A stretch of 64,000 bases of DNA from Candidatus Yanofskybacteria bacterium RIFCSPLOWO2_01_FULL_39_28 (GTDB lineage Bacteria; Patescibacteriota; Minisyncoccia; 2-02-FULL-40-12; GWA2-44-9): assembly GCA_001794635.1 (NCBI GenBank), contig MGKE01000011.1, forward strand, positions 20,682 to 84,681, written 5' to 3'. Within the stretch, counting starts at the first letter, position 1. Each line of letters opens with the position of its first letter. This document shows positions 36,768-46,378 of the stretch, one piece after another. The notes beneath the pieces are model-generated. The model saw only the letters and a list, made by a program, of their open reading frames with translations. It searched no databases and was not told the origin of the DNA. Both the position numbers and the translations under genes were made by a program.

Positions 36768-37091
36768 AGAATTTGTGAACTTTACAAAAAATTTTATATA
36801 TTAAGTTCTAAATTGCCGAAGAAACATAAACTTGGCATTTTCATGAAAATAGAAAATATTTGTCTTGATGTAACTCAACTCATTATAACTGCTGCATTAG
36901 AATCAAAAAACTCAAAACTTCCCTTACTCAATACTGCCCGAATAAAAATAGAGTTGATGAAAAAATTAATCCGTATCACTAATGAATTAAATATTGTTCC
37001 TAATAGTAAATACTTGGAACTGGAACTAGACCTACAAGAAATATCTAAAATGACCAATGGTTGGATAAAATACCTTAACGCCGTTCGTTGA
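36762..37091 (+). CDS. four-helix-bundle protein (Avd-like accessory protein)
   Basis: 109 aa, helical; ...LYKKFY...KHKLGIFMKIENICLDVTQLIITAA...LQEISKMTNGWIKYL pattern of four-helix-bundle/Avd proteins. GTG start; possibly N-terminally truncated. Confidence 0.6.
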   Translation: MHRICELYKKFYILSSKLPKKHKLGIFMKIENICLDVTQLIITAALESKNSKLPLLNTARIKIELMKKLIRITNELNIVPNSKYLELELDLQEISKMTNGWIKYLNAVR

Positions 37092-37099
37092 ACGGCGTT
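37077..37099. terminator. perfect 10-bp hairpin spanning both convergent stop codons
   Basis: AACGCCGTTC-GTT-GAACGGCGTT, immediately 3' of the AAC-rich region of the target gene. Confidence 0.6.
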
Positions 37100-37865
37100 A
37101 TTGGCGAAACTTCTGACGAGAACGGAGATCGTCGTTGGCGTTGCCGGGATTGTACCTGTTGACGTTCAGCTTGCTGTAGTTGCCGTTCCAGTTCACGCTC
37201 GGAACGTTGCCGTCGGAATACCGTGAGGCGGGGCACAAGGACACATTCTTGACATCCAAGTGCTTGCCACCGGACTTCCCACCGGATTTACAGTAGAACC
37301 AGCCATGAAGCAGCAGCGTCTCCGTAAGCCCCAGGGTGTTCATCTGGCGTTCGGCGATCTGGAAGGCAGACAGGTTGGCCAACCTTGCGGGTGGCTCGAC
37401 GCTGTCTTCGCACCACACGATACGCTGTTGCTGTCGAACATCTCGAACTTCCTTGTCGAAGTCAACGACTTCGTCCAAGGAACTAACACCGCACCATTTC
37501 CAGCACGGGAACATCGACTGAATCATCTCGTATGCCCTCTGGGGCGTCAGTCCCTTGAGCACCCAGACGCCCCAGTTAAAACCAGGGGTTACAGGCGGAA
37601 AACGCTTGAGCGAAGGCGGGTTCGCCTTCATGCCGTAGAGGCGGTAGAACTCCCGCCAATCGGCGATGAAGGCCTCCACATTTAGAAGCGGGACGGTGAC
37701 GTACGGCGAGATGCCGCCGTTGTCGCTTGAAGAAATCGCCGCTCGCGGATCATTCCGACGAACAACGATTAGTTCCCCAGAAAGAATACCCTTGGCACCT
37801 TCCTGGCCACCGATCTTGTTGCCAAGATCGCCGGTCTGCACGTAAGTCAAGTTGAAATCTGACAT
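37098..37865 (-). CDS. GC-rich DGR-target-like protein with Asn(AAC)-rich C-terminus
   Basis: The start at 37865 is preceded by GAAGAGGAG. The C-terminus SVNWNGNYSKLNVNRYNPGNANDDLRSR resembles C-type-lectin/DUF1566-type variable regions. The gene is visibly much more GC-rich than its flanks. Confidence 0.6.
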   Translation of the reverse strand: MSDFNLTYVQTGDLGNKIGGQEGAKGILSGELIVVRRNDPRAAISSSDNGGISPYVTVPLLNVEAFIADWREFYRLYGMKANPPSLKRFPPVTPGFNWGVWVLKGLTPQRAYEMIQSMFPCWKWCGVSSLDEVVDFDKEVRDVRQQQRIVWCEDSVEPPARLANLSAFQIAERQMNTLGLTETLLLHGWFYCKSGGKSGGKHLDVKNVSLCPASRYSDGNVPSVNWNGNYSKLNVNRYNPGNANDDLRSRQKFRQ

Positions 37866-38055
37866 GACACACTCCTCTTCCCGCACTACGCAGGAGAGTT
37901 TTGGCCGCACTACGCGGCAGCGATGGCCATCGTCATTGATAGCCACAGCGATAAGTTGCTCAATTCAAAGCCGCTTATCGCTGTGGCTATACAATCAAGT
38001 CGTAAATAAAGGTATTTATACTGAGCTTGTCGAAGTACTATCTAAATATATTCTA

Positions 38056-38084
38056 ATTATACGCCTTTTATACTAAAATGTCAA
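38056..38084 (-). promoter_or_regulatory. consensus sigma70-type promoter for the target gene
   Basis: Minus strand TTGACA (38084-38079), a 17-nt spacer, then TATAAT (38061-38056). Confidence 0.65.
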
Positions 38085-38242
38085 TCCCGCTTTTGGCTGG
38101 ATTTGAAGCGATTACGCTAATAGTTCGGCGTATCTGACTCGTCAATCTACTTTAAAGTATCGCATAGAGACTTAATAAAAGTCAAATCAGTCGTTGTGCT
38201 TGCTTTTTGGGTTTCTAAAAACTACTTGCCACATTCCACACT

Positions 38243-38509
38243 CTATAGATCTAACTCTTGTTTCATCTTACGCTTCTCTTCCTCAAAAGTTTCTTCATCA
38301 TACTTTCCGAGCTTTTCCAACTTTTTTCTTAATTTACTCAAATGCATTCCCATAATAGCGGCGTTTTTTTCTTTTCTTTCAGTTTTCTTTTTTTCTCTGA
38401 ATTGTGATTTCTTTGCCTTAATCAAAACTCCGCTTACTTGAACAAAGCGGTTAAACCGACGCATCAAACTGCCGATACTTTCATTTGGTCTTCGTTTTAC
38501 TTCTACCAT
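38243..38509 (-). CDS. rpsU: 30S ribosomal protein S21
   Basis: MVEVKRRPNESIGSLMRRFNRFVQVSGVL...; AGAGGAGG SD upstream. Confidence 0.85.
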   Translation of the reverse strand: MVEVKRRPNESIGSLMRRFNRFVQVSGVLIKAKKSQFREKKKTERKEKNAAIMGMHLSKLRKKLEKLGKYDEETFEEEKRKMKQELDL

Positions 38510-38530
38510 AATTAGTCGTTCCTCCTCTCT

Positions 38531-38629
38531 TTACTACTAATTACGAATAATTTACTAATATACAAATCTACAAATTCAGATTCTTAAATTAGTAGGTATG
38601 TATATTCGTTTAGATTTGTAATTGGTAGT
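38531..38629. repeat. family-1 repeat, copy 6 (rpsU/HIT spacer)
   Basis: TTACTACTAATTACGAATAATTTACTAATATACAAATCTACAAATTCAGATT...TAGATTTGTAATTGGTAG; nearly identical to copy 7. Confidence 0.85.
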
Positions 38630-38977
38630 TTATTTTACGATTTTGGGTCCTAATCGTTTCCCTCCCAGCAAATGTATATGTAAATGCGGAACAAGTTTAC
38701 CCCCGTCTTCTCCTTCATTTAAAATTAAACGATATCCCTTTTCAACAATACCTACTTTATGGGCAACTTGATGCGCAACTTTAAGTCCCTTGCCCAAAAG
38801 TTCGTCATTATTACCTTCCGCAAAATCTTCCAAAGACGTAAAATGTTTGACGGGAATAATTAATAAATGAATTGGAGCTTGCGGATTTAAGTCTTTAATT
38901 ACCCAAAAATCATTATCTTTATAAACAACATCAGACCCTATTTCCCCTGCTATAATTTTACAAAAAACATCATCCAT
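38630..38977 (-). CDS. HIT family (histidine triad) protein
   Basis: HLHIHLLGG histidine triad motif. Confidence 0.9.
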   Translation of the reverse strand: MDDVFCKIIAGEIGSDVVYKDNDFWVIKDLNPQAPIHLLIIPVKHFTSLEDFAEGNNDELLGKGLKVAHQVAHKVGIVEKGYRLILNEGEDGGKLVPHLHIHLLGGKRLGPKIVK

Positions 38978-40298
38978 TATTTTTTAATCTTTTCTTCATC
39001 TCCTCAACCACTTTATCTAATAATACCGTCTCTTGAATGCCTGTATCCATTTCTCTTATGATTATTGTGCCATCAATAGCTTCTTTCTGTCCAAAAATTA
39101 ATGTGTATCTAACCCCAAGCCGATTAGCTATTCTTAGTTGAGATTTAATACTATCCCGACCTAAAGAAGATTTAACCTCAATTCCGGCTTTCCTCATATT
39201 CTCAAACAACATCAAACTCTTCTTTTTGGCCGCATCGCCGAGTTGGGCCAAGAAAACTTTGGGCTTAACGCCAATTTCTGGAACATTGATATTGTTTTGC
39301 TTTAAAGCTGTAACAATCCGGTCAACACCTAGAGCCCATCCCGCAGCTGGTGTTTTGGGACCGCCAAGCATATCAATCAAACGATCATAACGGCCTCCAC
39401 CACCAAGAGCAAGACCACTAGATACAATCTGAACGGGTTTACCATCTAGACTTTTCTCCACTTCCTTTTCCTCTGGTACAAATTCAAAAATAGTATGAGT
39501 ATAATAATCCTGGCCCCTAACAAGATTTTGGTTCAAAATGTATGGAATTTTACATTCGTCTAGAATCTCTATCAGTCGTTTGAAGTGTTTTTTGGCATCT
39601 TCGTTCAAAAAATCAAAGATTGGAGGCGCGTCTTTAGCTGCTTCCCGACAAGTTTCTTCCTTGCAATCAAGCATTCGCAGGATATTGTTTTTAAAACGGC
39701 TTTTGCACTGAGTGCAGACTTTCTTGAGACGAGGTTTATAGTAATCTTTTAAAGCTCTGACATAAACAGCTCGAGAAGAAGCATCGCCAAGACTATTAAT
39801 TTGAACGTTATAGTTCTTAAGTCCCAAACTTTCAAGAATTTTATAACCAACAAAAATTAATTCAGCGTCTACAATTTCTGAAGCATCTCCGATTGTCTCA
39901 ACTGCTAATTGCCAGTGTTGGCGGTAGCGTCCAGCTTGAGGTTGGTCATGGCGAAACATGGGACCATAATAGAAAAGCTTTACCGGATGAGGACGAACCT
40001 GCATTCCATTTTCAATATAAGCCCTGACCACCCCGGCCGTCCCTTCGGGACGCAATGACAAATCGTCTCCGCCACGGGTTTTAAAACTATACATTTCTTT
40101 TTCAACAATATCAGTATTCTCACCAACCCCACGCAAAAATAACTCTGTTGACTCAACTATCGGAGTATCAATTCTTTCAAAACCATAATCTTCTATGATT
40201 GATTCCGCTTTTTTTAAAACATAACGCCAATACTTCTGCTCTTCTGGCAGAATATCGTGCATTCCTTTAGGCGCTTGTAAATTTTTCGCTTTACTCAA
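38970..40298 (-). CDS. hisS: histidine--tRNA ligase
   Basis: Class II aaRS motifs (KLFYYGPMFRHDQPQAGRYRQHWQ; GGGGRYD). TTG start at 40298. Confidence 0.93.
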   Translation of the reverse strand: MSKAKNLQAPKGMHDILPEEQKYWRYVLKKAESIIEDYGFERIDTPIVESTELFLRGVGENTDIVEKEMYSFKTRGGDDLSLRPEGTAGVVRAYIENGMQVRPHPVKLFYYGPMFRHDQPQAGRYRQHWQLAVETIGDASEIVDAELIFVGYKILESLGLKNYNVQINSLGDASSRAVYVRALKDYYKPRLKKVCTQCKSRFKNNILRMLDCKEETCREAAKDAPPIFDFLNEDAKKHFKRLIEILDECKIPYILNQNLVRGQDYYTHTIFEFVPEEKEVEKSLDGKPVQIVSSGLALGGGGRYDRLIDMLGGPKTPAAGWALGVDRIVTALKQNNINVPEIGVKPKVFLAQLGDAAKKKSLMLFENMRKAGIEVKSSLGRDSIKSQLRIANRLGVRYTLIFGQKEAIDGTIIIREMDTGIQETVLLDKVVEEMKKRLKNNG

Positions 40299-40303
40299 AT
40301 TGG

Positions 40304-40400
40304 TACTACTAATTACGAATAATCACCAATATACAAATCTACAAATTCAGATTTTTAAATTCGTAGATTAGTATATTCGTTTAGATTTGTAATTGGTAGT
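40304..40400. repeat. family-1 repeat, copy 7 (hisS/lepB spacer)
   Basis: TACTACTAATTACGAATAATCACCAATATACAAATCTACAAATTCAGATTTTTAAATTCGTAGATTAGTATATTCGTTTAGATTTGTAATTGGTAG. Confidence 0.85.
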
Positions 40401-41054
40401 TTAATACTCAATTGCCGAAACTTTAGTTATTCTCGTAAATGGCCACAAACGTAGAAAGGCCTTGCCGGTTATAAAACCCTTTTCTAGTGGACCCCACCTT
40501 CTTGAATCAGAACTTTGCCGCCGATTATCACCTAAAACAAAATATTCATCGTCATCTAAAACTTCTGAAAAATCACCGACGGTTATTTGGTCAGAAGATA
40601 AGTAACTCTCATCAAGAACAAATCCTCCGGTAAACTCGCTGTTATATATAGTTACTCGGTTGTTTTTAACCTCTACGGTTTCTCCGGGTAAACCGATAAT
40701 TCTTTTTATAAAATATTGCGATGGATTTTCTGGATAACGAAAAACTATTACATCACCGCGACTGGGCTCATTAAAACGGTAACTAATCTCATCTATCAAC
40801 AAATAGTCACCGTCATGAAAATTATCCTCCATTGAAGCTCCTTTTACAAAAAACGGCTGGACTAGATAATACCTTATTGGAATAATTATGGCAAGAGAGA
40901 CAATGATTATCCTGATTGTTTCCCAAACATAAGCCCAAGTCTCTGACATCAAGCTTTTATTCTTTTGGTTGTCTTCGGGTTCCGAATTAGGATTCGCCCC
41001 GCCTATTGCGTCTAAATTTATTGAATTTATTATATCTCGTTGTTCCCTTGGCAT
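40401..41054 (-). CDS. lepB: signal peptidase I
   Basis: VKGASMEDNF (catalytic Ser), GDVIVFRYP, VLGDNRRQSSDSR boxes. Confidence 0.9.
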   Translation of the reverse strand: MPREQRDIINSINLDAIGGANPNSEPEDNQKNKSLMSETWAYVWETIRIIIVSLAIIIPIRYYLVQPFFVKGASMEDNFHDGDYLLIDEISYRFNEPSRGDVIVFRYPENPSQYFIKRIIGLPGETVEVKNNRVTIYNSEFTGGFVLDESYLSSDQITVGDFSEVLDDDEYFVLGDNRRQSSDSRRWGPLEKGFITGKAFLRLWPFTRITKVSAIEY

Positions 41055-41127
41055 TGAATTATATTATCACATTTTTTTAACTATTTCTATTTCAATTTCA
41101 CACAATTGTTTGTATAATGGCTCTATT

Positions 41128-41721
41128 ATGAATATTAAGCTCGTAATTGGAATCGGTAATCCAGACCAACAATACCAGAACACCCGACACAATGTCGGAT
41201 TTATGCTGGTTGATTATATTGCGGGAAAGAATGACTTTAGCGACTTTGAGTTTAATAAAAAGTTAAACGCTCTGGTTGTTAAGGGTAAAATAGATGGTTC
41301 GTCTGTGATACTGGCCAAACCCCAAACTTATGTAAACAAAACCGGCGAAGCGGCCTTAAAATTAAAAAACTTCTACAAAATTAAGCCGGAACAGATATTA
41401 GTTATCCAAGACGATTTAGATGTGCCGTTTGGCAACACCAAAGTTTCTTTTGACAAAAATTCTGGAGGCCACAGAGGAATTGAGTCAATAATGAAGGTCT
41501 TGAAAACAAAAAAATTCTACCGCCTGCGTATTGGCCTGGCTAAACCGGCTCTTCAAAAAGCCAGACAACAATCCGACAAAAAGCGGGATGAGTTCGTCGT
41601 TAAAATGGTTCTATCCAAATTCTCCCCTTCCGAACAGGACGAATTGAAAAAAATCTTCAAGGAAGGATATGAAAAACTGATGCAATTACTACAGCTTTTA
41701 TCTAAACAAAAAACCGACTAG
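41128..41721 (+). CDS. pth: peptidyl-tRNA hydrolase
   Basis: MNIKLVIGIGNPDQQYQNTRHNVGF from the internal ATG at 41128. TATAAT at 41113-41118. Confidence 0.9.
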   Translation: MNIKLVIGIGNPDQQYQNTRHNVGFMLVDYIAGKNDFSDFEFNKKLNALVVKGKIDGSSVILAKPQTYVNKTGEAALKLKNFYKIKPEQILVIQDDLDVPFGNTKVSFDKNSGGHRGIESIMKVLKTKKFYRLRIGLAKPALQKARQQSDKKRDEFVVKMVLSKFSPSEQDELKKIFKEGYEKLMQLLQLLSKQKTD

Positions 41722-42047
41722 CTTGCGCTGAATCGGTTGAAGTGTTAGTCAGCCACTGAATCAGATTCTTCTTCTATATTTTTCTGCTCTAAGTTCAAGT
41801 TCATGGCTCTCTACGCCAAAAGCTAATCCATAATCGTCCCTCTGTAATTCAACATCTTTGATTGCATGAAGCAAATCATGGTTACATAGTGAGCCGTTTG
41901 ATTTGAATTAGGATGGAGTGGGTGAACGGAACTCTCATCCGCCAGTTCAGGATTTGCTGTCCTGCGCCTCGTGATTTTCAGCCACACCCACACTATTACT
42001 ATACCATAAACTTTTACTGAAAGATATCTAAAACTTATGCGTTTAAA

Positions 42048-42731
42048 TTATTCGCCAATACGCTTACGGAGATTAGAGATTAACTGATCAGCGTGCTTAA
42101 CACCGCCAAGACCAAAGGAAAGGCCGACAGCCAAAGCGCCGGCCGCAACCACGCCAATTATTACAATTCTGATTATTTCATCGGCCACGCCAAGTTGAGA
42201 CAAGGCGATCAAAAGTGAAAATATAAACACCACCCACCTCGTAGACTCGGCCAAGAAATTAGCCGAAGCAAGTCCGGCTGCTTTAACTGACGCCCGGACA
42301 AAATTCTCTAAAACTTTCGCTAACAAAATACCGATTAACAGGATAACTGCTGCCACGATTACGTTAGGCAAATAAAATACGACGGTCCTCAAAAACTCAG
42401 TCACCTCTTGAAGCCCAAGAATATTGGTAGCCGCCATAAGAAACACGACGATGAAAAACCACTTCACCAGTTCCCCGAAAAAGTGGGCGCTATTGAGACT
42501 GAAACCGCTCTTCTCCCAAGCCTGGCGAAAACCGACCTTGGTTAAGGCGTTGTCAACGTGAATAATCTTAACAACATGATAGACGACTTTTGCTAAAACA
42601 ATAGCTACTACCCAACCGGCTAGAAAAACTAGAAGAGCAGCGATCAGGTTGGGTACAAAACCGGCTACCCCAGCCCAGAGGGTCATTAACGAATTTTGAA
42701 CAATATCTTGAGCTGATACAAATTGAAACAT
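42048..42731 (-). CDS. multi-TM membrane protein (conserved-TM-helix / small MscS-related type)
   Basis: 227 aa with repeated hydrophobic helices. The family assignment is tentative. Confidence 0.5.
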   Translation of the reverse strand: MFQFVSAQDIVQNSLMTLWAGVAGFVPNLIAALLVFLAGWVVAIVLAKVVYHVVKIIHVDNALTKVGFRQAWEKSGFSLNSAHFFGELVKWFFIVVFLMAATNILGLQEVTEFLRTVVFYLPNVIVAAVILLIGILLAKVLENFVRASVKAAGLASANFLAESTRWVVFIFSLLIALSQLGVADEIIRIVIIGVVAAGALAVGLSFGLGGVKHADQLISNLRKRIGE

Positions 42732-42834
42732 GAGATATTTCAGACGAAGTGAATAATTATAAATATCAATTGGTAGTTATAATATCAACCGCTTCGCTAT
42801 GTTATATAACTACCTTAATTATATCAGAGTTAAC

Positions 42835-44856
42835 CTAGACCAAAAATCTAGCTATCAACAGGGCAACAATGTTGGCCACCTTAATCATTGGATTAATCGC
42901 TGGTCCAGCAGTGTCTTTATATGGGTCACCGACAGTATCTCCCGTTACTGCGGCTTTGTGAGCATCAGAACCCTTGCCACCATAGTTGCCTTCTTCAATG
43001 TATTTCTTGGCATTATCCCAAGCCGCACCACCGGAAGTCATAGATATAGCAACAAATAAACCGGTGATAATAACTCCTACCAGCAAACCACCCAAAGCTT
43101 GCGGACCAAGCAGAAAACCCACCGCAACCGGCATTACGACTGGAATAAGCGCCGGCAATATCATTTCTTTCAATGCTGATTTAGTTACAATATCCACTGC
43201 GGTTCCATAGTCTGGCTTATCTGTTCCAGTCATAATACCTGGTTTTTCTCTGAACTGCTTTCTAACCTCGTCAACAATTGCCGAACCGGCCCGGCCTACT
43301 GCCTCCATAGCCAATGATCCGAATAAATAAGGCATCATCCCACCAAGAAAAAGACCCAGAAGCACTCTCACATCAGCCAATTCAAAGAATAAACTAACAC
43401 CTAATTCAGAAAATTCTTGAACATAAGCGCTAAACAAAACTAATGCCGCCAGACCAGCTGAAGCAATAGCGTAACCCTTAGTCACAGCTTTGGTTGTGTT
43501 GCCAACCGCATCAAGGGCATCGGTTGATTCCCGAACAGAACCGGATAGACCCGACATTTCGGCTATACCACCAGCATTGTCAGTTATTGGACCAAAAGCA
43601 TCAATAGCTACAATAATACCAGTCAGTGACAGCATACTCATCGTTGCCAAAGCCACCCCGTATAGACCCAAAAGCCAATATGCAAAATATATCCCCGCCC
43701 CAATGACAATTATAGGCAAAGCTGTTGACTGCATAGAAACAGCTAAGCCGGTAATTATATTTGTTCCGTGTCCCGTGGTTGACGCTTTAGCAATTGACTT
43801 TACGGGACGGAATTTTTTAGAAGTATAATAATCAGTTATCAAAACCATCAGAGCGGTAACAGTAATACCAATTAATAAAGCATAAAAAACATCTATTCTC
43901 CCGACTAAACCGCCTGACAAATCTTTCAAATCTCTTATATAAGGTAAACTGCCTGTAACCCAATAAAGGAGTCCGGCAAAAATAACAGCAGTTGCCGCTA
44001 ATCCTTTATATAGAGCGCCCATAATAGATCCTGTGAGTCTAACAAAAAACGAGCCGACAATTGAAGCCACGACAGCCATCGCGCCGATCAATAACGGAAA
44101 CATAGTAAATCCGACTTCTTGAGGAATAAGAAGGTGGCCAAGAAGCATTACCGAAACAGCTGAAACAACATAGGTTTCAAACAAGTCAGCGGCCATACCG
44201 GCGCAGTCACCGACATTATCACCGACGTTATCAGCAATAACAGCCGGATTACGAGGATCGTCTTCGGGAATACCGGCTTCAACTTTTCCAACCAAATCGG
44301 CGCCCACATCAGCGCCTTTGGTAAATATGCCTCCGCCCAAACGAGCAAAAACAGAAATTAAAGAAGAACCGAAACCAAGACCAATTAGAGCTTTGACATC
44401 ATTCGTAATCCAATAAAAAGCGGTCACGGAAAGAAGAGCTAAACCAACTACAAAAAATCCAGTTACCGCTCCACCTCTGAAAGCAAGGTCAAACGCTGGA
44501 GACAAACCAACCTTTGCTTCTTCAGCGACCCTTGAATTAGCTCTTACTGAAACCATCATCCCGACATAACCAGCTGCTGCCGAAGCAATTGCTCCGACCA
44601 AGAAGCCGACTGCTGTAGTTGCGCCAAGCCATACATACATTACAACTGCCACCACAATCCCAACCGCTAAAACTGTTTTATTTTGCCTTTTAAGATAGGC
44701 TTCCGCGCCTTCCTGAATTGCTTTTTGAATAGCAACCATTTTCCCATCGCCAGGCGATTTTTTTAAAATTTGCCAGATCAAAAAAGCTCCATAAGCTAAC
44801 GAGGCAAATGAAGCGACCACGGAGATTGATAATATGTGTATCATAATAGAAAACAT
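42835..44856 (-). CDS. hppA: membrane-bound ion-translocating pyrophosphatase
   Basis: [45 protein letters not shown] signature; 673 aa. Confidence 0.95.
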   Translation of the reverse strand: MFSIMIHILSISVVASFASLAYGAFLIWQILKKSPGDGKMVAIQKAIQEGAEAYLKRQNKTVLAVGIVVAVVMYVWLGATTAVGFLVGAIASAAAGYVGMMVSVRANSRVAEEAKVGLSPAFDLAFRGGAVTGFFVVGLALLSVTAFYWITNDVKALIGLGFGSSLISVFARLGGGIFTKGADVGADLVGKVEAGIPEDDPRNPAVIADNVGDNVGDCAGMAADLFETYVVSAVSVMLLGHLLIPQEVGFTMFPLLIGAMAVVASIVGSFFVRLTGSIMGALYKGLAATAVIFAGLLYWVTGSLPYIRDLKDLSGGLVGRIDVFYALLIGITVTALMVLITDYYTSKKFRPVKSIAKASTTGHGTNIITGLAVSMQSTALPIIVIGAGIYFAYWLLGLYGVALATMSMLSLTGIIVAIDAFGPITDNAGGIAEMSGLSGSVRESTDALDAVGNTTKAVTKGYAIASAGLAALVLFSAYVQEFSELGVSLFFELADVRVLLGLFLGGMMPYLFGSLAMEAVGRAGSAIVDEVRKQFREKPGIMTGTDKPDYGTAVDIVTKSALKEMILPALIPVVMPVAVGFLLGPQALGGLLVGVIITGLFVAISMTSGGAAWDNAKKYIEEGNYGGKGSDAHKAAVTGDTVGDPYKDTAGPAINPMIKVANIVALLIARFLV

Positions 44857-44880
44857 TTTAACAAATCGGATGGGTTTTGT

Positions 44881-45903
44881 CTATGCTATCTTTTCTTGTT
44901 CTTTATTATCCCCTGTTTCCACAATATTTTTAACTCTATCAACCATTAAAGACAATCGTTTTTCAGTGTCTTCATAAGCTGACTTGGAATCCGAGATATG
45001 CTTGCCCAATTTTCGAAAATTTTCGCCAAGCTTGTCCCCGTCAGTGGCAATTCTGGCTAAACGCTGGATGATTTCTTTGGTCTGTTTTGAAAATTGGACA
45101 TCTTTGAACCAATGCATTATCGCCGAAACAGATAAAGCAAAAGTATTAGGCGAGACCATAAAAATCTTCTTTCCTCGCGCATAAGAAGGAATATCCACGT
45201 CTTTTATATTATTTATCAACTCGTAATAAACCGTCTCGGCCGGCACATACATCAAAGCTAAATCAGTTGTCCCCTCGGAAGGCAAAATGTATTTTGAGGC
45301 AATTTCGTCAATTTTTTTCTTAACATCTGAATAAAAACTTTTTCGGAAAACCTCTTTATCCATATCATTACCGGCATTCACCATCTTCTCAAAGTTGTCC
45401 CAGTTAAATTTGGCGTCAATCGGTAAAATCGTGCCATTGGGAAGTTTCAAGATAGCATCCACCGCTTCACCGGACTTGAAATAATATTGGGTATCATAAG
45501 CATCTTTAACAAAATATTGAGATAAGGCCGCTTCAAGCGACATTTCTCCCCATTGACCTCTTAACTTAGGGGAGCGCAATATATCCTGAAAAGAAGAAAC
45601 ATTTTTCACCGAATCGTGCATCTGCTTCATATTCTCGTGAAGCTGGGTCATGCCTTGAGTAAAACTCTGAACCTGCTGATGGACAGCCAATGATGCCCGT
45701 TCAGAAGACTGACGGTTTTGTTCAAGCTGCTTATTCATCAAGTTGGTAAAAGAATCCAGCCGCTGATGAAGAACCATATAATGACTGGCGTTATTATCGG
45801 TATTACGACGAGACTTCAACATATAAAAAAGATTGATTCCGACCATCACCAAAACAGCTCCAGAAACTACAGTCATTAAAACTAATAAAGGATTTATTTC
45901 CAT
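44881..45903 (-). CDS. rmuC: DNA recombination protein RmuC
   Basis: N-terminal TM plus coiled coil, then an RmuC nuclease-like C-terminal domain (RGQWGEMSLEAAL...). Confidence 0.8.
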   Translation of the reverse strand: MEINPLLVLMTVVSGAVLVMVGINLFYMLKSRRNTDNNASHYMVLHQRLDSFTNLMNKQLEQNRQSSERASLAVHQQVQSFTQGMTQLHENMKQMHDSVKNVSSFQDILRSPKLRGQWGEMSLEAALSQYFVKDAYDTQYYFKSGEAVDAILKLPNGTILPIDAKFNWDNFEKMVNAGNDMDKEVFRKSFYSDVKKKIDEIASKYILPSEGTTDLALMYVPAETVYYELINNIKDVDIPSYARGKKIFMVSPNTFALSVSAIMHWFKDVQFSKQTKEIIQRLARIATDGDKLGENFRKLGKHISDSKSAYEDTEKRLSLMVDRVKNIVETGDNKEQEKIA

Positions 45904-45934
45904 AACTTAATATAAACACAAAAACTAATTTTTG

Positions 45935-45972
45935 TGGACCCTACCGGGCTCGAACCGGTCACCTCCACATTG
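45935..45972 (-). tRNA. 3' half of an interrupted tRNA-Ala(UGC)-like gene
   Basis: Minus-sense sequence CAATGTGG-AGGTG-ACCGG-TTCGAGC-CCGGT-AGGGTCC-A supplies positions 36-73. The acceptor strand pairs with GGGCCCT at 46407-46413, including G3:U70. Confidence 0.7.
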
Positions 45973-45998
45973 TTCCGATAAATCAGGACGGGCCAGTG

Positions 45999-46070
45999 TG
46001 GACCGGAGGGGACTTGAACCCCTAACCTCTCGGATGCAAACCGAGTGCTCTACCGTTGAGCTACCGGCCC
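45999..46070 (-). tRNA. tRNA-Ala (anticodon UGC), intact, nested in the insert
   Basis: GGGCCGG-TA-GCTC-AACGGTA-GAGC-A-CTCGG-TTTGCAT-CCGAG-AGGTT-AGGGG-TTCAAGT-CCCCT-CCGGTCC-A, with a G3:U70 pair. Confidence 0.9.
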
Positions 46071-46109
46071 ATCCTGATTTATCGAGAATCCTCGATTTCT
46101 TAAATAATT

Positions 46110-46355
46110 TTAAAAATGTTTTATAACCTTTTCTATGGCACTTCTCTTTTTTAGTGACTTCAAATATACCTCTCTTTTTCTAGCCATAGCCAAAGTTTCA
46201 AACATTTCTTGATATACTTTTTTCCACGGCCTTTTATGTTTTGTTGACCTAACCTTGCCGCTATTGTGGCTACACATCCTTCTTTCTGAAACTTTTGATA
46301 TACCAATATAATATGTACCAAATTTTACTGATTCAAGAATATAAAGATAAAACAT
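46110..46355 (-). CDS. small GIY-YIG nuclease family protein
   Basis: MFYLYILESVKFGTYYIGIS... (GIY...YIG), ...KHKRPWK...E...R; 81 aa. Confidence 0.85.
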   Translation of the reverse strand: MFYLYILESVKFGTYYIGISKVSERRMCSHNSGKVRSTKHKRPWKKVYQEMFETLAMARKREVYLKSLKKRSAIEKVIKHF

Positions 46356-46378
46356 TTTTAAAATTATAGAAATCGGGA

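Larger units (their letters stand above)
45973..46378 (-). mobile_element. 406-bp insert in a tRNA anticodon loop carrying a GIY-YIG ORF and a complete tRNA-Ala
   Basis: Lies between the two tRNA halves. Imperfect ~30-bp inverted repeats (46091-46124 and 46344-46377) frame the ORF. A perfect 13-bp inverted repeat (45976-45988 and 46072-46084) frames the inner tRNA. Confidence 0.7.

Noticed and set aside
41930-41995. SRP RNA or other known small RNA after pth
   Set aside because: CCAGTTCAGGATTTGCTGTCCTG superficially recalls the CCAGGUCAGG... of SRP domain IV but lacks the conserved loop sequences. Left as unassigned.
45932-46126. 64-aa plus-strand ORF across the tRNA cluster
   Set aside because: It is the antisense reading of two tRNA sequences, and the tRNA cloverleaves explain the region.
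45973-46378. Group I intron as the explanation for the tRNA-Ala interruption
   Set aside because: After subtracting the GIY-YIG ORF (246 nt) and the nested tRNA (72 nt), only about 90 nt remain, too little for a P3-P9 ribozyme core. I could not identify P7/P3-like pairings by eye. It is kept as something to test rather than a call.
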